From: an uncultured Gemmatimonadales bacterium
GTDB taxonomy: Bacteria; Gemmatimonadota; Gemmatimonadetes; Gemmatimonadales; GWC2-71-9
Direction: 5' to 3'
Length of the DNA stretch: 64,000 nucleotides
Assembly: GCA_963828735.1 (NCBI GenBank)
Contig: CAWHFW010000005.1
Coordinates: 832,001-896,000, forward strand
In this document: positions 9,816-19,497 of the stretch, in pieces
Layout of the letters: every line of letters begins with the position of its first letter
Position numbering within the stretch: the stretch's first letter is position 1
Translations under genes and position numbers: made by a program
Notes under the pieces: model-generated
Database searches by the model: none
What the model was told of the DNA's origin: nothing
The model's input: only the letters and a program-made list of their open reading frames with translations

Positions 9816-10556
9816 CTACACGTACCGCGCGAGCGCGCGGTGCCGGCTGACCAGCTCCGGATCCTTGAAGACCGAGATGAGCAGCGCGCCGGCGACGAAT
9901 CCGCCCACATGCGCCCAGAAGGCGACCCCCACCCCGCCCTCTCCGCGCGCGGCGCTGCCCCCGAGCAACTGGAGGAGGAACCAGTAGCCAAGCATCAGGT
10001 AGGCCGGAACCACGATGCGGGTGACGAAGATGAACAGGAACACCAGCATGTGCACCCGCACGCGCGGATACAGGATGACGTAGGCGCCCATCACGCCGCT
10101 GATCGCCCCCGAGGCGCCGACCATCGGGATGACGCTGTCGGGGCTCACGAAGGTCTGCGCGGCGGCCGCGGCGAGGCCGCACAGCAGATAGAACGCGAGG
10201 TACCGGACGTGGCCCATCGAATCCTCGACATTGTTCCCGAAGACCCAGAGGAACCACATGTTGCCGATCAGGTGCAGCCAGCCGCCGTGGAGAAACATGG
10301 AGGTGAGCGGCGTGTACCAGTGCCGCTGGACTCCGAGCACGCACACCTCGCCGGGACTCAGCGGGATCGACGTGCCCGCGACGACGCGCCCGAGGAACTC
10401 CCCGGGAATGAGCCCGAGCTCGCAGACCGACCGGGCCAGCGCCGGATCCTGCCCCATGCCCTGAATCAGGATCCACACCGCGGCGTTCGCGGCGATGATG
10501 AGCAGGGTGACCACCGGCTGGCCGAGGGTCGGATTGTCGTCACGGTAGGGGAACAT
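9816..10556 (-). CDS. Rhomboid family intramembrane serine protease
   Basis: FLHGGWLHLIGNM, VGASGAISG, AFWAHVGGF. Confidence 0.92.
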   Translation of the reverse strand: MFPYRDDNPTLGQPVVTLLIIAANAAVWILIQGMGQDPALARSVCELGLIPGEFLGRVVAGTSIPLSPGEVCVLGVQRHWYTPLTSMFLHGGWLHLIGNMWFLWVFGNNVEDSMGHVRYLAFYLLCGLAAAAAQTFVSPDSVIPMVGASGAISGVMGAYVILYPRVRVHMLVFLFIFVTRIVVPAYLMLGYWFLLQLLGGSAARGEGGVGVAFWAHVGGFVAGALLISVFKDPELVSRHRALARYV

Positions 10557-10649
10557 GGGACAGAATATAGGGGGCGGAAGTCACCGGTCGCTGGACCGTG
10601 ATCTCCGCCCCCTGGTCGCCATCTGCGGCGCCTGGTCAGACACGCATCA

Positions 10650-10799
10650 TCAGAGTGCGCGTCGTCCCTGTAGGAGTTGCATGATGGCGAGGACGACCGC
10701 GACTACCAGCAGGACATGGATGAACCCGCCCAGCGTGTAGGAGGTGACCACCCCCAGCAGCCACAGTACCAGCAGGATCACGAAGATCGTCCACAGCAT
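10650..10799 (-). CDS. 49-aa lmo0937/DUF5670-family small membrane protein (not in ORF track)
   Basis: [58 protein letters not shown] upstream. Confidence 0.85.
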   Translation of the reverse strand: MLWTIFVILLVLWLLGVVTSYTLGGFIHVLLVVAVVLAIMQLLQGRRAL

Positions 10800-10930
10800 G
10801 CTTGCCTCCTCGAGTTCGTACCCCGGCCAACCGGCCCTCCAGCGGACGACACTATCATAGGTCAGTCTGCCGTTCGGCCGTCGTGACCCGTGTCACGGGG
10901 GTAAATGGCAGCCATTTTGGCAGTTTTGGC

Positions 10931-10946
10931 GGGTACGGCACTTGCG
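10931..10946 (+). promoter_or_regulatory. Candidate sigma-54 (-24/-12) promoter of dnaK
   Basis: GGGTACGGCACTTGCG has GG-N10-GC spacing and resembles TGGCACGNNNNTTGC; about 50 nt upstream of the dnaK ATG. Confidence 0.5.
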
Positions 10947-10993
10947 CTCGCGGGGGCCATCGCGAAACCGGCAGACCTTCACTCGGAGTCGAC

Positions 10994-12904
10994 ATGGCTT
11001 CCAAGATCATCGGAATTGACCTCGGCACGACCAACTCGGTCGTCGCCGTCATGGAGGGTGGCGATCCGGTCGTCATCCCGAACGCCGAGGGAGGGCGGAC
11101 TACCCCCTCGGTGGTTGCGTTTACCAAGGAGGGGGAGCGGCTGGTGGGCCAGGTGGCCAAGCGCCAGGCCGTGACCAACCCCAAGCGCACCATCTTCTCG
11201 ATCAAGCGGTTCATGGGCCGGCGCCTGAACGAGATCACCGAAGAGATCAAGCGCGTGCCCTACGAGGTGGTGGCGGGACCCAACGGCCTCGCGGCGGTCA
11301 AGATCGACGGCAAGACCTACACGCCGCCCGAGATCTCCGCCATGATCCTGCAGAAGATGAAGCAGACGGCGGAGGACTACCTTGGCCACTCGGTGGACAA
11401 GGCGGTCATCACCGTGCCTGCGTACTTCAACGACGCCCAGCGTCAGGCCACCAAGGACGCCGGCAAGATCGCGGGCCTCGACGTGCAGCGCATCATCAAT
11501 GAGCCCACGGCCGCGGCGTTGGCCTACGGGCTCGACAAGAAGAAGGAAGAGAAGGTCGCCGTATTCGACCTCGGCGGCGGCACGTACGACATCAGCGTGC
11601 TGGAGCTCGCCGAAGGCGTCTTCGAGGTGAAGAGCACCAACGGCGACACCCACCTGGGCGGTGACGACTTCGACCAGCGCCTCATCGACTGGCTCGTGAC
11701 CGAGTTCAAGAAGGACCAGGGCATCGACCTCTCCAAGGATCCGATGGCGCTCCAGCGCCTGAAGGAGGCCGCGGAGAAGGCCAAGATGGAGCTCTCGAGC
11801 ACCACCCAGACCGACATCAATCTGCCGTTCATCACGGCCGACCAGTCGGGGCCGAAGCATCTCAACATTTCGCTCACGCGGGCCAAGTTCGAGCAGCTGG
11901 TGGACGACCTCATCCAGCGCACCCTCCCGCCGATGCAGCAGGCGCTCAAGGACGCGGGGCTCGACCCGAAGTCGATCGACGAGGTCATCCTGGTCGGCGG
12001 TTCGACTCGTATCCCCAAGATCCAGCAGATCGTCAAGGACTTCTTCGGGAAGGAGCCGAACAAGTCGGTCAACCCGGACGAGGTCGTGGCGATCGGCGCG
12101 GCCATCCAGGGCGGCGTGCTGGGCGGTGAGGTCAAGGATGTGCTGCTCCTCGACGTGACCCCGCTCTCGCTCGGCATCGAGACGCTGGGCGGCGTGACCA
12201 CGGTGCTCATCCCGCGGAACACGACGATCCCGACCAAGAAGTCGGAGACGTTCTCCACCGCCGAGGACAACCAGACCACGGTCGAGATCCATGTGCTGCA
12301 AGGCGAGCGACAGATGGCCCAGGACAACCGGACCATCGGCAAGTTCCAGCTCACGGGCATTCCGCCGGCTCCGCGGGGCATGCCGCAGGTCGAGGTGGGC
12401 TTCGACATCGACGCCAACGGCATCCTGCACGTGTCGGCCAAGGACAAGGCCACCAACAAGGAGCAGAAGATCCGGATCGAGGCCTCGAGCGGCCTCAGCG
12501 ACGCTGAGGTCGATCGGATGGTGAAGGCGGCCGAGCAGCACGCGTCGGAAGACAAGGACCGCCGCGAGCAGATCGAGCAGCGGAACCAGCTCGACAGCCT
12601 GATCTACCGGGTCGAGAAGGACAGCAAGGAGTGGGTGGACCGGCTGCCCGCCGATGCGAAGAGCCGGCTGGACTCCGCGCTGGAGGGCGCGAAGCAGGCG
12701 CTGCGGAGTGGCGAGGCGGACGGCATCCGCCGGGCGCTCGATGAACTCAACGCCGCGTATTCGGCGGCGGGGGCGACGCTCTACCAGGGCGCTCAGGCCC
12801 AGGGCGGCGCGGAGCAGCCTGCAGGGGAGTCGGCCGCCGGCCAGGCTCCGGGTCAGGACGACGTGGTCGAGGCCGACTACGAGATCGTGGACGACAAGAA
12901 GTGA
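10994..12904 (+). CDS. dnaK: Chaperone DnaK (Hsp70)
   Basis: [35 protein letters not shown] tail. Confidence 0.98.
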   Translation: MASKIIGIDLGTTNSVVAVMEGGDPVVIPNAEGGRTTPSVVAFTKEGERLVGQVAKRQAVTNPKRTIFSIKRFMGRRLNEITEEIKRVPYEVVAGPNGLAAVKIDGKTYTPPEISAMILQKMKQTAEDYLGHSVDKAVITVPAYFNDAQRQATKDAGKIAGLDVQRIINEPTAAALAYGLDKKKEEKVAVFDLGGGTYDISVLELAEGVFEVKSTNGDTHLGGDDFDQRLIDWLVTEFKKDQGIDLSKDPMALQRLKEAAEKAKMELSSTTQTDINLPFITADQSGPKHLNISLTRAKFEQLVDDLIQRTLPPMQQALKDAGLDPKSIDEVILVGGSTRIPKIQQIVKDFFGKEPNKSVNPDEVVAIGAAIQGGVLGGEVKDVLLLDVTPLSLGIETLGGVTTVLIPRNTTIPTKKSETFSTAEDNQTTVEIHVLQGERQMAQDNRTIGKFQLTGIPPAPRGMPQVEVGFDIDANGILHVSAKDKATNKEQKIRIEASSGLSDAEVDRMVKAAEQHASEDKDRREQIEQRNQLDSLIYRVEKDSKEWVDRLPADAKSRLDSALEGAKQALRSGEADGIRRALDELNAAYSAAGATLYQGAQAQGGAEQPAGESAAGQAPGQDDVVEADYEIVDDKK

Positions 12905-12940
12905 CCCGGCGGGCCGCCCAGGTCCGCAGGGTTGCGCGAA

Positions 12941-12970
12941 GGGGCATGGGCCAAGCCCATGCCCCGTTTG
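12941..12970 (+). terminator. Intrinsic terminator after dnaK
   Basis: GGGGCATGGGC-CAA-GCCCATGCCCC hairpin followed by GTTTGT. Confidence 0.7.
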
Positions 12971-13091
12971 TCTCTAGGTTATCGGGCACACGACGACCGA
13001 AACACCGTCGCGGAATTCTAGGTACTATTAATAGGCCTGCGTCTCCGGGCCTTTTGCCCCAGCTCCCCAACGTTTCCCGAAGGATCGTTCG

Positions 13092-14669
<1,578 letters not shown>

Positions 14670-14821
14670 CCCCGCGGGGCACCGCGGCATAGGAGCACGG
14701 AGGGGGCGGGCCAGCTGGGCCGCCCCCTCTGTCGTCGGGCGTGATTCATCTCTCGTCCCGGCGCCCCGGGAGGTGCTAATTTGTTCGGGCGATAGGTGTC
14801 TGTTCACACGCCGGAGGAGCC

Positions 14822-15091
14822 ATGACGACCAGCCAGGCCACTGACTGGATGAACCACCCCGTGATTCGTTCCCTGATCGACCAGGCCGCCACCCTCGCGC
14901 TCGAGGAGCGGATCACGCTGGTGAAGGGGCTGATTCCCGGGATTGCCGACGCCTTGTCGGAGGAGGAGTACGAGCAGTTCGTCACTTTCATCCGCCTCAA
15001 GGGAGAGCGGTTCCTGGAGGCGAAAGCCCATCCCGGCGAGGGCCGCGCCGAGCGCCACATCCCCGGCGAGCGTGACCTGGAAGGACGCTGA
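14822..15091 (+). CDS. Small hypothetical protein (89 aa)
   Basis: GGAGGAG RBS, coding-like codon use, helical acidic sequence. Confidence 0.65.
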   Translation: MTTSQATDWMNHPVIRSLIDQAATLALEERITLVKGLIPGIADALSEEEYEQFVTFIRLKGERFLEAKAHPGEGRAERHIPGERDLEGR

Positions 15092-15142
15092 AGGTAGTTT
15101 CTGACGCCACGGATCACACATATGTAAGGTCGGGGGAGCGCG

Positions 15143-16804
15143 ATGCGGCGGTGGACGTGCTGGACGCTGATGGCAGGCTTGGCCGTCGTCTTCGGATGCG
15201 GAAGCGCCCGGGACACGGAGGAGCATGCCGCAGCGGGGGGGGCCGTGGCCACCCCTGGCCTGGCCGACAAGGTGGCGCAGTACACGCCCGTTCGGCTCAC
15301 CGCGGACCTCGGCGGATTGACCGAGCGCGAGCGACGGATGATCCCGATCCTCATCGACGCCGCGGCCGCGATGGACACGGTGTTCCGGCTGCAGTACTAC
15401 CCCGCGCTCGACTCGCTGCTCGCCGCCATCGGCGATTCCTCCACCCGCCGATTCGTCGAGATCAACTACGGCCCGTGGGACCAGCTGGCCAGCGACCGCC
15501 CGTTCATTCCCGGGGTCGGTGAGCGGCCGCCAGGTGCGGCGCTGTACCCGGCCGACGCGAGCAAGGACGAGGTCGAGAAGTCGCCCGACCTGCTCGGGCT
15601 CTACACCGTCGTCCGCCGTGACAGCGCGGGGCGGCTCGTCGCGGTTCCCTACCACCAGGCCTTCGAGGCGCCGACCCGGCACGCCGCGGCGCGCCTGCGC
15701 GAGGCCGCAACGCTCGCGGACGACGCCGGTCTTCGCCGGTACCTCGAGCTCCGGGCCACGGCCCTGGAGACCGACGAGTATCAGCCGAGCGATCTTGCCT
15801 GGCTCGACATGAAGAGCAACACGCTCGACATCGTGATCGGGCCGATCGAGACCTACCTCGATCGGCTCACGGGCCACAAGGCGGGGGCGGAAGCATACGT
15901 GCTGCTCAAGGACAAGGCGTGGAGCGCGAAGCTGGCCCGCTACGCGAGCCTCCTTCCCGGGCTCCAGCGCGGCCTCCCGGTGCCCGAGGCGTACAAGCGC
16001 GAGCGCCCGGGCACGAACTCCGACCTCAACGCCTACGACGCACTCTACTACGCGGGTGAGGCCAACGCGGGCTCGAAAACGATCGCGATCAACCTGCCCA
16101 ACGACGAAGAGGTTCAGCTCCGCAAAGGCACCCGCCGGCTTCAGCTCAAGAACGTGATGCGGGCCAAATTCGACAAGATCCTGGTGCCGATCGCCGGCGA
16201 GCTCATCGCCCCGGACCAGCAGAGCCACATCACGTTCGACGCCTTCTTCGCCAACGTCATGTTTCACGAAGTGGCGCACGGTCTGGGCATCAAGCGCACC
16301 GTCGACGGCAAGGGCACCGTCCGGGCGGCCCTCAAGGAGCAGGCGGGCGCGCTCGAGGAGGGAAAGGCCGACATCCTGGGCCTCTACATGGTGACCCGCC
16401 TGCTCGAGCAGCACGAGCTCCGGGGAACCGCGCTCGAGGACCACTACGTCACATTCCTGGCCAGCATCTTCCGCTCGGTTCGCTTCGGCGCCACCGAGGC
16501 GCACGGGCGAGCCAACGCGGCGCAGCTCTCGTACTTCGCCGAGCGCGGCGCGTTCGCCCGGGACAGCGCCACGGGACGCTATCGGGTGGACTTCCCCAGG
16601 ATGCGGCAGGCAGTCGACTCGCTCGGCGGGCTCATCCTCCGGCTGCAGGGTGACGGCGACTACGAGGCCGTGAAGTCGTTCATGACCCAGCGTGGTGCGC
16701 TCAGTCCGACCGTGACCGCGGACCTGTCCCGGCTCGGCAGCAAGCGCATCCCGGTGGATATCGTCTTCGAGCAAGGCGCGGGCATGCTCGGTCTGGTGCG
16801 CTAG
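15143..16804 (+). CDS. Zn-dependent hydrolase, peptidase M49 (dipeptidyl peptidase III-like), probable lipoprotein
   Basis: HEVAH and EEGKAD motifs, IGPIETY, AINLPNDE; lipobox-like VVFGC. Confidence 0.8.
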   Translation: MRRWTCWTLMAGLAVVFGCGSARDTEEHAAAGGAVATPGLADKVAQYTPVRLTADLGGLTERERRMIPILIDAAAAMDTVFRLQYYPALDSLLAAIGDSSTRRFVEINYGPWDQLASDRPFIPGVGERPPGAALYPADASKDEVEKSPDLLGLYTVVRRDSAGRLVAVPYHQAFEAPTRHAAARLREAATLADDAGLRRYLELRATALETDEYQPSDLAWLDMKSNTLDIVIGPIETYLDRLTGHKAGAEAYVLLKDKAWSAKLARYASLLPGLQRGLPVPEAYKRERPGTNSDLNAYDALYYAGEANAGSKTIAINLPNDEEVQLRKGTRRLQLKNVMRAKFDKILVPIAGELIAPDQQSHITFDAFFANVMFHEVAHGLGIKRTVDGKGTVRAALKEQAGALEEGKADILGLYMVTRLLEQHELRGTALEDHYVTFLASIFRSVRFGATEAHGRANAAQLSYFAERGAFARDSATGRYRVDFPRMRQAVDSLGGLILRLQGDGDYEAVKSFMTQRGALSPTVTADLSRLGSKRIPVDIVFEQGAGMLGLVR

Positions 16805-16806
16805 GC

Positions 16807-17649
16807 ATGCGGCGCTGGGAGCCGCCGACCGAACAGGTCATCGAGCGGCCGAAGCCGAAGCGGTGGCCCTTCGTGCTGCTCCTGCTTGCCGTGCTGGGCG
16901 TGGCCGTCGGCGGCCTCTGGATGATCCGGCGGCGTCAGCACGTGGCGCTCAGCGCGGGGGCCCTGCCGACCGCCGCGGATGTCCGCTCCGAGCTCACGAC
17001 CGCGGGCGATTCTCTGGAAGTGGTCGTGAGCTGGCGGATCGAAGCGGACTCGGGCGGGGGGCGCGCGGACTCGATCCGCGTCGAGGTCGGCCTCGGCGAC
17101 GGCCGCGAATCGCAGACCAAGCTCAGCGCGAGCGACCGCCGTACCGACACGCTGCACCTGCCCGAGCCCCAGGTGGGCCAGACAGCCACCGGGTACTCCT
17201 GCGTGGCGACGGTCCAGGCCGCGCGACTCTCGCGTGAGACCTGTACGCCCTGGCAGTACGTGCGTCCGACGGCCGAGCTCCCCAAAGCGCCAACTCCCCC
17301 CGCATCCGACTCGTCCAAGCCCGCGCCTACGCCGCGACGCAAGGCCGCTGCAGGCGCAGCGGCGTCCGTCGAACGCATCGTGATCCAGCCGGACGGCCAG
17401 CAAGTAGATCCCGACATCGGCGGCAAGTGCTCCGCGTGGCAACGCCTGCACCCGGAGCTCAACGTGTGGATCGATGTCAACCGGGAAGCGGTACCGGATT
17501 GCACCGGCCCCAACGGCAGACCGACGGTCGCCAAGTTCTGCGCGTTCGCCGTGCTGAGCGACGGCCGCCGGGTGAAGACCGCGACGTCCTCGAACGACTC
17601 CTACTGCGAGCGCCTGTACCAGGCTTGGGTCCGGGAGCGTCTGACCTGA
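16807..17649 (+). CDS. Hypothetical membrane-anchored protein (beta-rich domain, Pro-rich linker, Cys-containing C-terminal domain)
   Basis: One N-terminal TM, six Cys, PKAPTPPAS linker; starts 3 nt after upstream stop. Confidence 0.65.
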   Translation: MRRWEPPTEQVIERPKPKRWPFVLLLLAVLGVAVGGLWMIRRRQHVALSAGALPTAADVRSELTTAGDSLEVVVSWRIEADSGGGRADSIRVEVGLGDGRESQTKLSASDRRTDTLHLPEPQVGQTATGYSCVATVQAARLSRETCTPWQYVRPTAELPKAPTPPASDSSKPAPTPRRKAAAGAAASVERIVIQPDGQQVDPDIGGKCSAWQRLHPELNVWIDVNREAVPDCTGPNGRPTVAKFCAFAVLSDGRRVKTATSSNDSYCERLYQAWVRERLT

Positions 17650-17656
17650 ACCGTCG

Positions 17657-17670
17657 GTACGGTACCGTAC
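17657..17670. promoter_or_regulatory. Perfect 14-bp palindrome upstream of Crp-family gene
   Basis: GTACGGTACCGTAC is its own reverse complement. Confidence 0.45.
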
Positions 17671-17790
17671 TTAACCCGGTTCCCTCTCACGCTTTACCCA
17701 AGCTCACGGTACATTGCGCCGTCGTCGGTCTTTCCGACGATGGAGTCGGAGGCTACGTTCGACGCGATCGCGTCTTACCCGGAGCCGTGA

Positions 17791-18534
17791 ATGGCGCTCG
17801 TCGCCGCAGAGGCCCCTTCGGACCCCGATCCGCCTCAGAGCAGGAATCATCTCCTCGCCCGGCTTCCCGCGAGCGAGTTCCACTCGGTGCAGGCTCACCT
17901 TTCCATCGTCCGGTTGTCGCCGAAAGAGCACCTGGCCGAGCCCGGTGCGCCCATCCCCGCCGTGTATTTCCCGCATGACGCCGTGATCTCGCTCTCTACG
18001 ATCGACGGTAACGGCGGGGCGGTCGAGGTCGGCAGCGTCGGATGCGAGGGGATGGTCGGCTTGCCCGTCTTTCTCGGCACCGACCGCTCGGCCGGGCGCC
18101 TCCTGGCCCAGATCGCCGGCGAGGCGGATCGGATGGACGCCGCCGCGCTCAGGCGCGAGGCCTCGCGTCTGGAAGAATTCCGGCGCCTGCTGCTGCTGTA
18201 TACCCAGGCCTTCATGACCCAGGTCGCCCAGAGCACCGCGTGCAACCGCCTCCATGCGGCGGAGCGGCGTCTGGCGCGCTGGCTCCTGATCTGCCGCGAC
18301 CGCCTCGGACGCGACGACCTCCCGATCACCCACGAGACGATCGCCCACATGCTCGGTGTCCGCCGCGCGACGGTCACCGAAGCGGCGGGCAATCTCCAGC
18401 GGCGCGGGATGATCCGTTACCGGCGCGGGGTCGTCGTGATTCTCCGGCGCGAGCGCCTGGAGGCGGCGGCGTGCGAGTGCTACGGGATCGTGCGTGCGGA
18501 GTTCGATCGACTGCTGGGCGTGAGGGTGGGATGA
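17791..18534 (+). CDS. Crp/Fnr family transcriptional regulator
   Basis: NHLLARL, VYFP, VGCEGMVG, ACNRLH..ERRLARWLL, THETIAHMLGVRRATVT HTH. Confidence 0.92.
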   Translation: MALVAAEAPSDPDPPQSRNHLLARLPASEFHSVQAHLSIVRLSPKEHLAEPGAPIPAVYFPHDAVISLSTIDGNGGAVEVGSVGCEGMVGLPVFLGTDRSAGRLLAQIAGEADRMDAAALRREASRLEEFRRLLLLYTQAFMTQVAQSTACNRLHAAERRLARWLLICRDRLGRDDLPITHETIAHMLGVRRATVTEAAGNLQRRGMIRYRRGVVVILRRERLEAAACECYGIVRAEFDRLLGVRVG

Positions 18535-19064
18535 TCGCGGCCACGACGCTCGTCATCGACGATGAACCCATGGTGCGCAACCTGGTGCGGCGCATCCTGG
18601 AGCCGGAGGTGTGCGGCGTGGTGGATGTGGGCGATGGGGAGACCGGGCTCGAGTTAATCCAGCGGCGTCGGGAATCGATCGACGTGGTGCTGACCGACCT
18701 CTCGATGCCGGGCATCGACGGGTTCGACCTGGTGGACGTGCTGACGGAGCACCATCCCGACCTGCCCGTGGCGTGCATGTCCGCGTACGTCAATCAGTAC
18801 AGCGTCGAACGTCGCCTCAGCGTGCCGCTCCTGTCGAAGCCGTTCACCGCGGACGGCCTGCGCGGCCTGATCGTCCCACTGCTCCAGCAGAGCCGCCAGC
18901 TCCGCGGCGGGGCGCACAAGCAACGGGAGCGGGCGGGGGCCACGCGGACGGAGAGCGAAGCGCTGCGAGCCCGGACCCAGATGAACGTCGCGAGGGCGGT
19001 CGATCTCATCGCGATCGCCCGCGCCCTGCATTCCTCCCGCGCGAACCGGCCTCGCCAGGATTAG
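18531..19064 (+). CDS. Response regulator receiver protein with helical C-terminal tail
   Basis: LVIDDEP, VVLTDLSMPGIDG, LSKPF; ATGA overlap with Crp gene. Confidence 0.88.
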   Translation: MIAATTLVIDDEPMVRNLVRRILEPEVCGVVDVGDGETGLELIQRRRESIDVVLTDLSMPGIDGFDLVDVLTEHHPDLPVACMSAYVNQYSVERRLSVPLLSKPFTADGLRGLIVPLLQQSRQLRGGAHKQRERAGATRTESEALRARTQMNVARAVDLIAIARALHSSRANRPRQD

Positions 19065-19076
19065 ATTGGACCGGTC

Positions 19077-19158
19077 GCGAGCGTGGCGGAACTGGCAGAC
19101 GCGCAGGACTTAGGATCCTGTCCCGCAAGGGGTGCGGGTTCGACTCCCGCCGTTCGCA
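19077..19158 (+). tRNA. tRNA-Leu (anticodon TAG), CCA not encoded
   Basis: Acceptor GCGAGCG/CGTTCGC-A, anticodon arm CAGGA-CTTAGGA-TCCTG, long variable arm, T arm GCGGG-TTCGACT-CCCGC. Confidence 0.96.
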
Positions 19159-19170
19159 TTGGATGACTTA

Positions 19171-19197
19171 GGGCCTCTCCACCGAGGGGCCCTTTCT
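19171..19197 (+). terminator. Terminator hairpin after tRNA-Leu
   Basis: GGGCCTCTC-CACC-GAGGGGCCC followed by TTTCT. Confidence 0.6.
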
Positions 19198-19220
19198 CGT
19201 GCTCACCACTTTCGGTTCCA

Positions 19221-19385
19221 CTCTTCGCGCGCCGCGAACTCTGGGGTAACCGGGACCGAGCGGTTGCGCTGCTTCGGCGTGAGCTCGCGCGTGAGGCGTT
19301 TGCATACGTGGTGTTGCCCGATCCGGCATTCGGGTCGCTGCGTGGCTATCCGCCGTTCGAGTCGCTCCTGCGACCAAAGGAGTGA
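19221..19385 (+). pseudogene. 3' relic of a TPR/kinase-type gene
   Basis: Startless frame LFARRELWGNRDRAVALLRRELAREAFAYVVLPDPAFGSLRGYPPFESLLRPKE* resembles the neighbouring kinase C-terminus IDPTFAPLRGNPRFEQLV. Confidence 0.6.
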
Positions 19386-19497
19386 GATCACCCAGCTTCG
19401 TCCATAGACCTCGCACGGAGGCGAAAGCGTAAATGCCAGTGGCGCAGCCCCGAGCACGCCAGCACATTTCGGGCCTCCCATCCGGCGGATCCACGCG

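Noticed and set aside
8716..10476. 586-aa DeoC fusion and similar long N-terminal extensions in the ORF track (hypB, glmM, cystathionine lyase, purD, trpE)
   Set aside because: The extensions overlap genuine neighbouring genes in other frames; true starts are downstream.
10979..12555. Long antisense ORFs opposite dnaK (also opposite ALDH, degP, M49 peptidase, histidine kinase and others)
   Set aside because: Shadow ORFs expected from high-GC codon bias; no recognisable motifs.
14760..14782. CIRCE element (GAGGTGCTAA resembles the right half)
   Set aside because: No matching TTAGCACTC left half at 9-nt spacing; more likely an extended -10 element.
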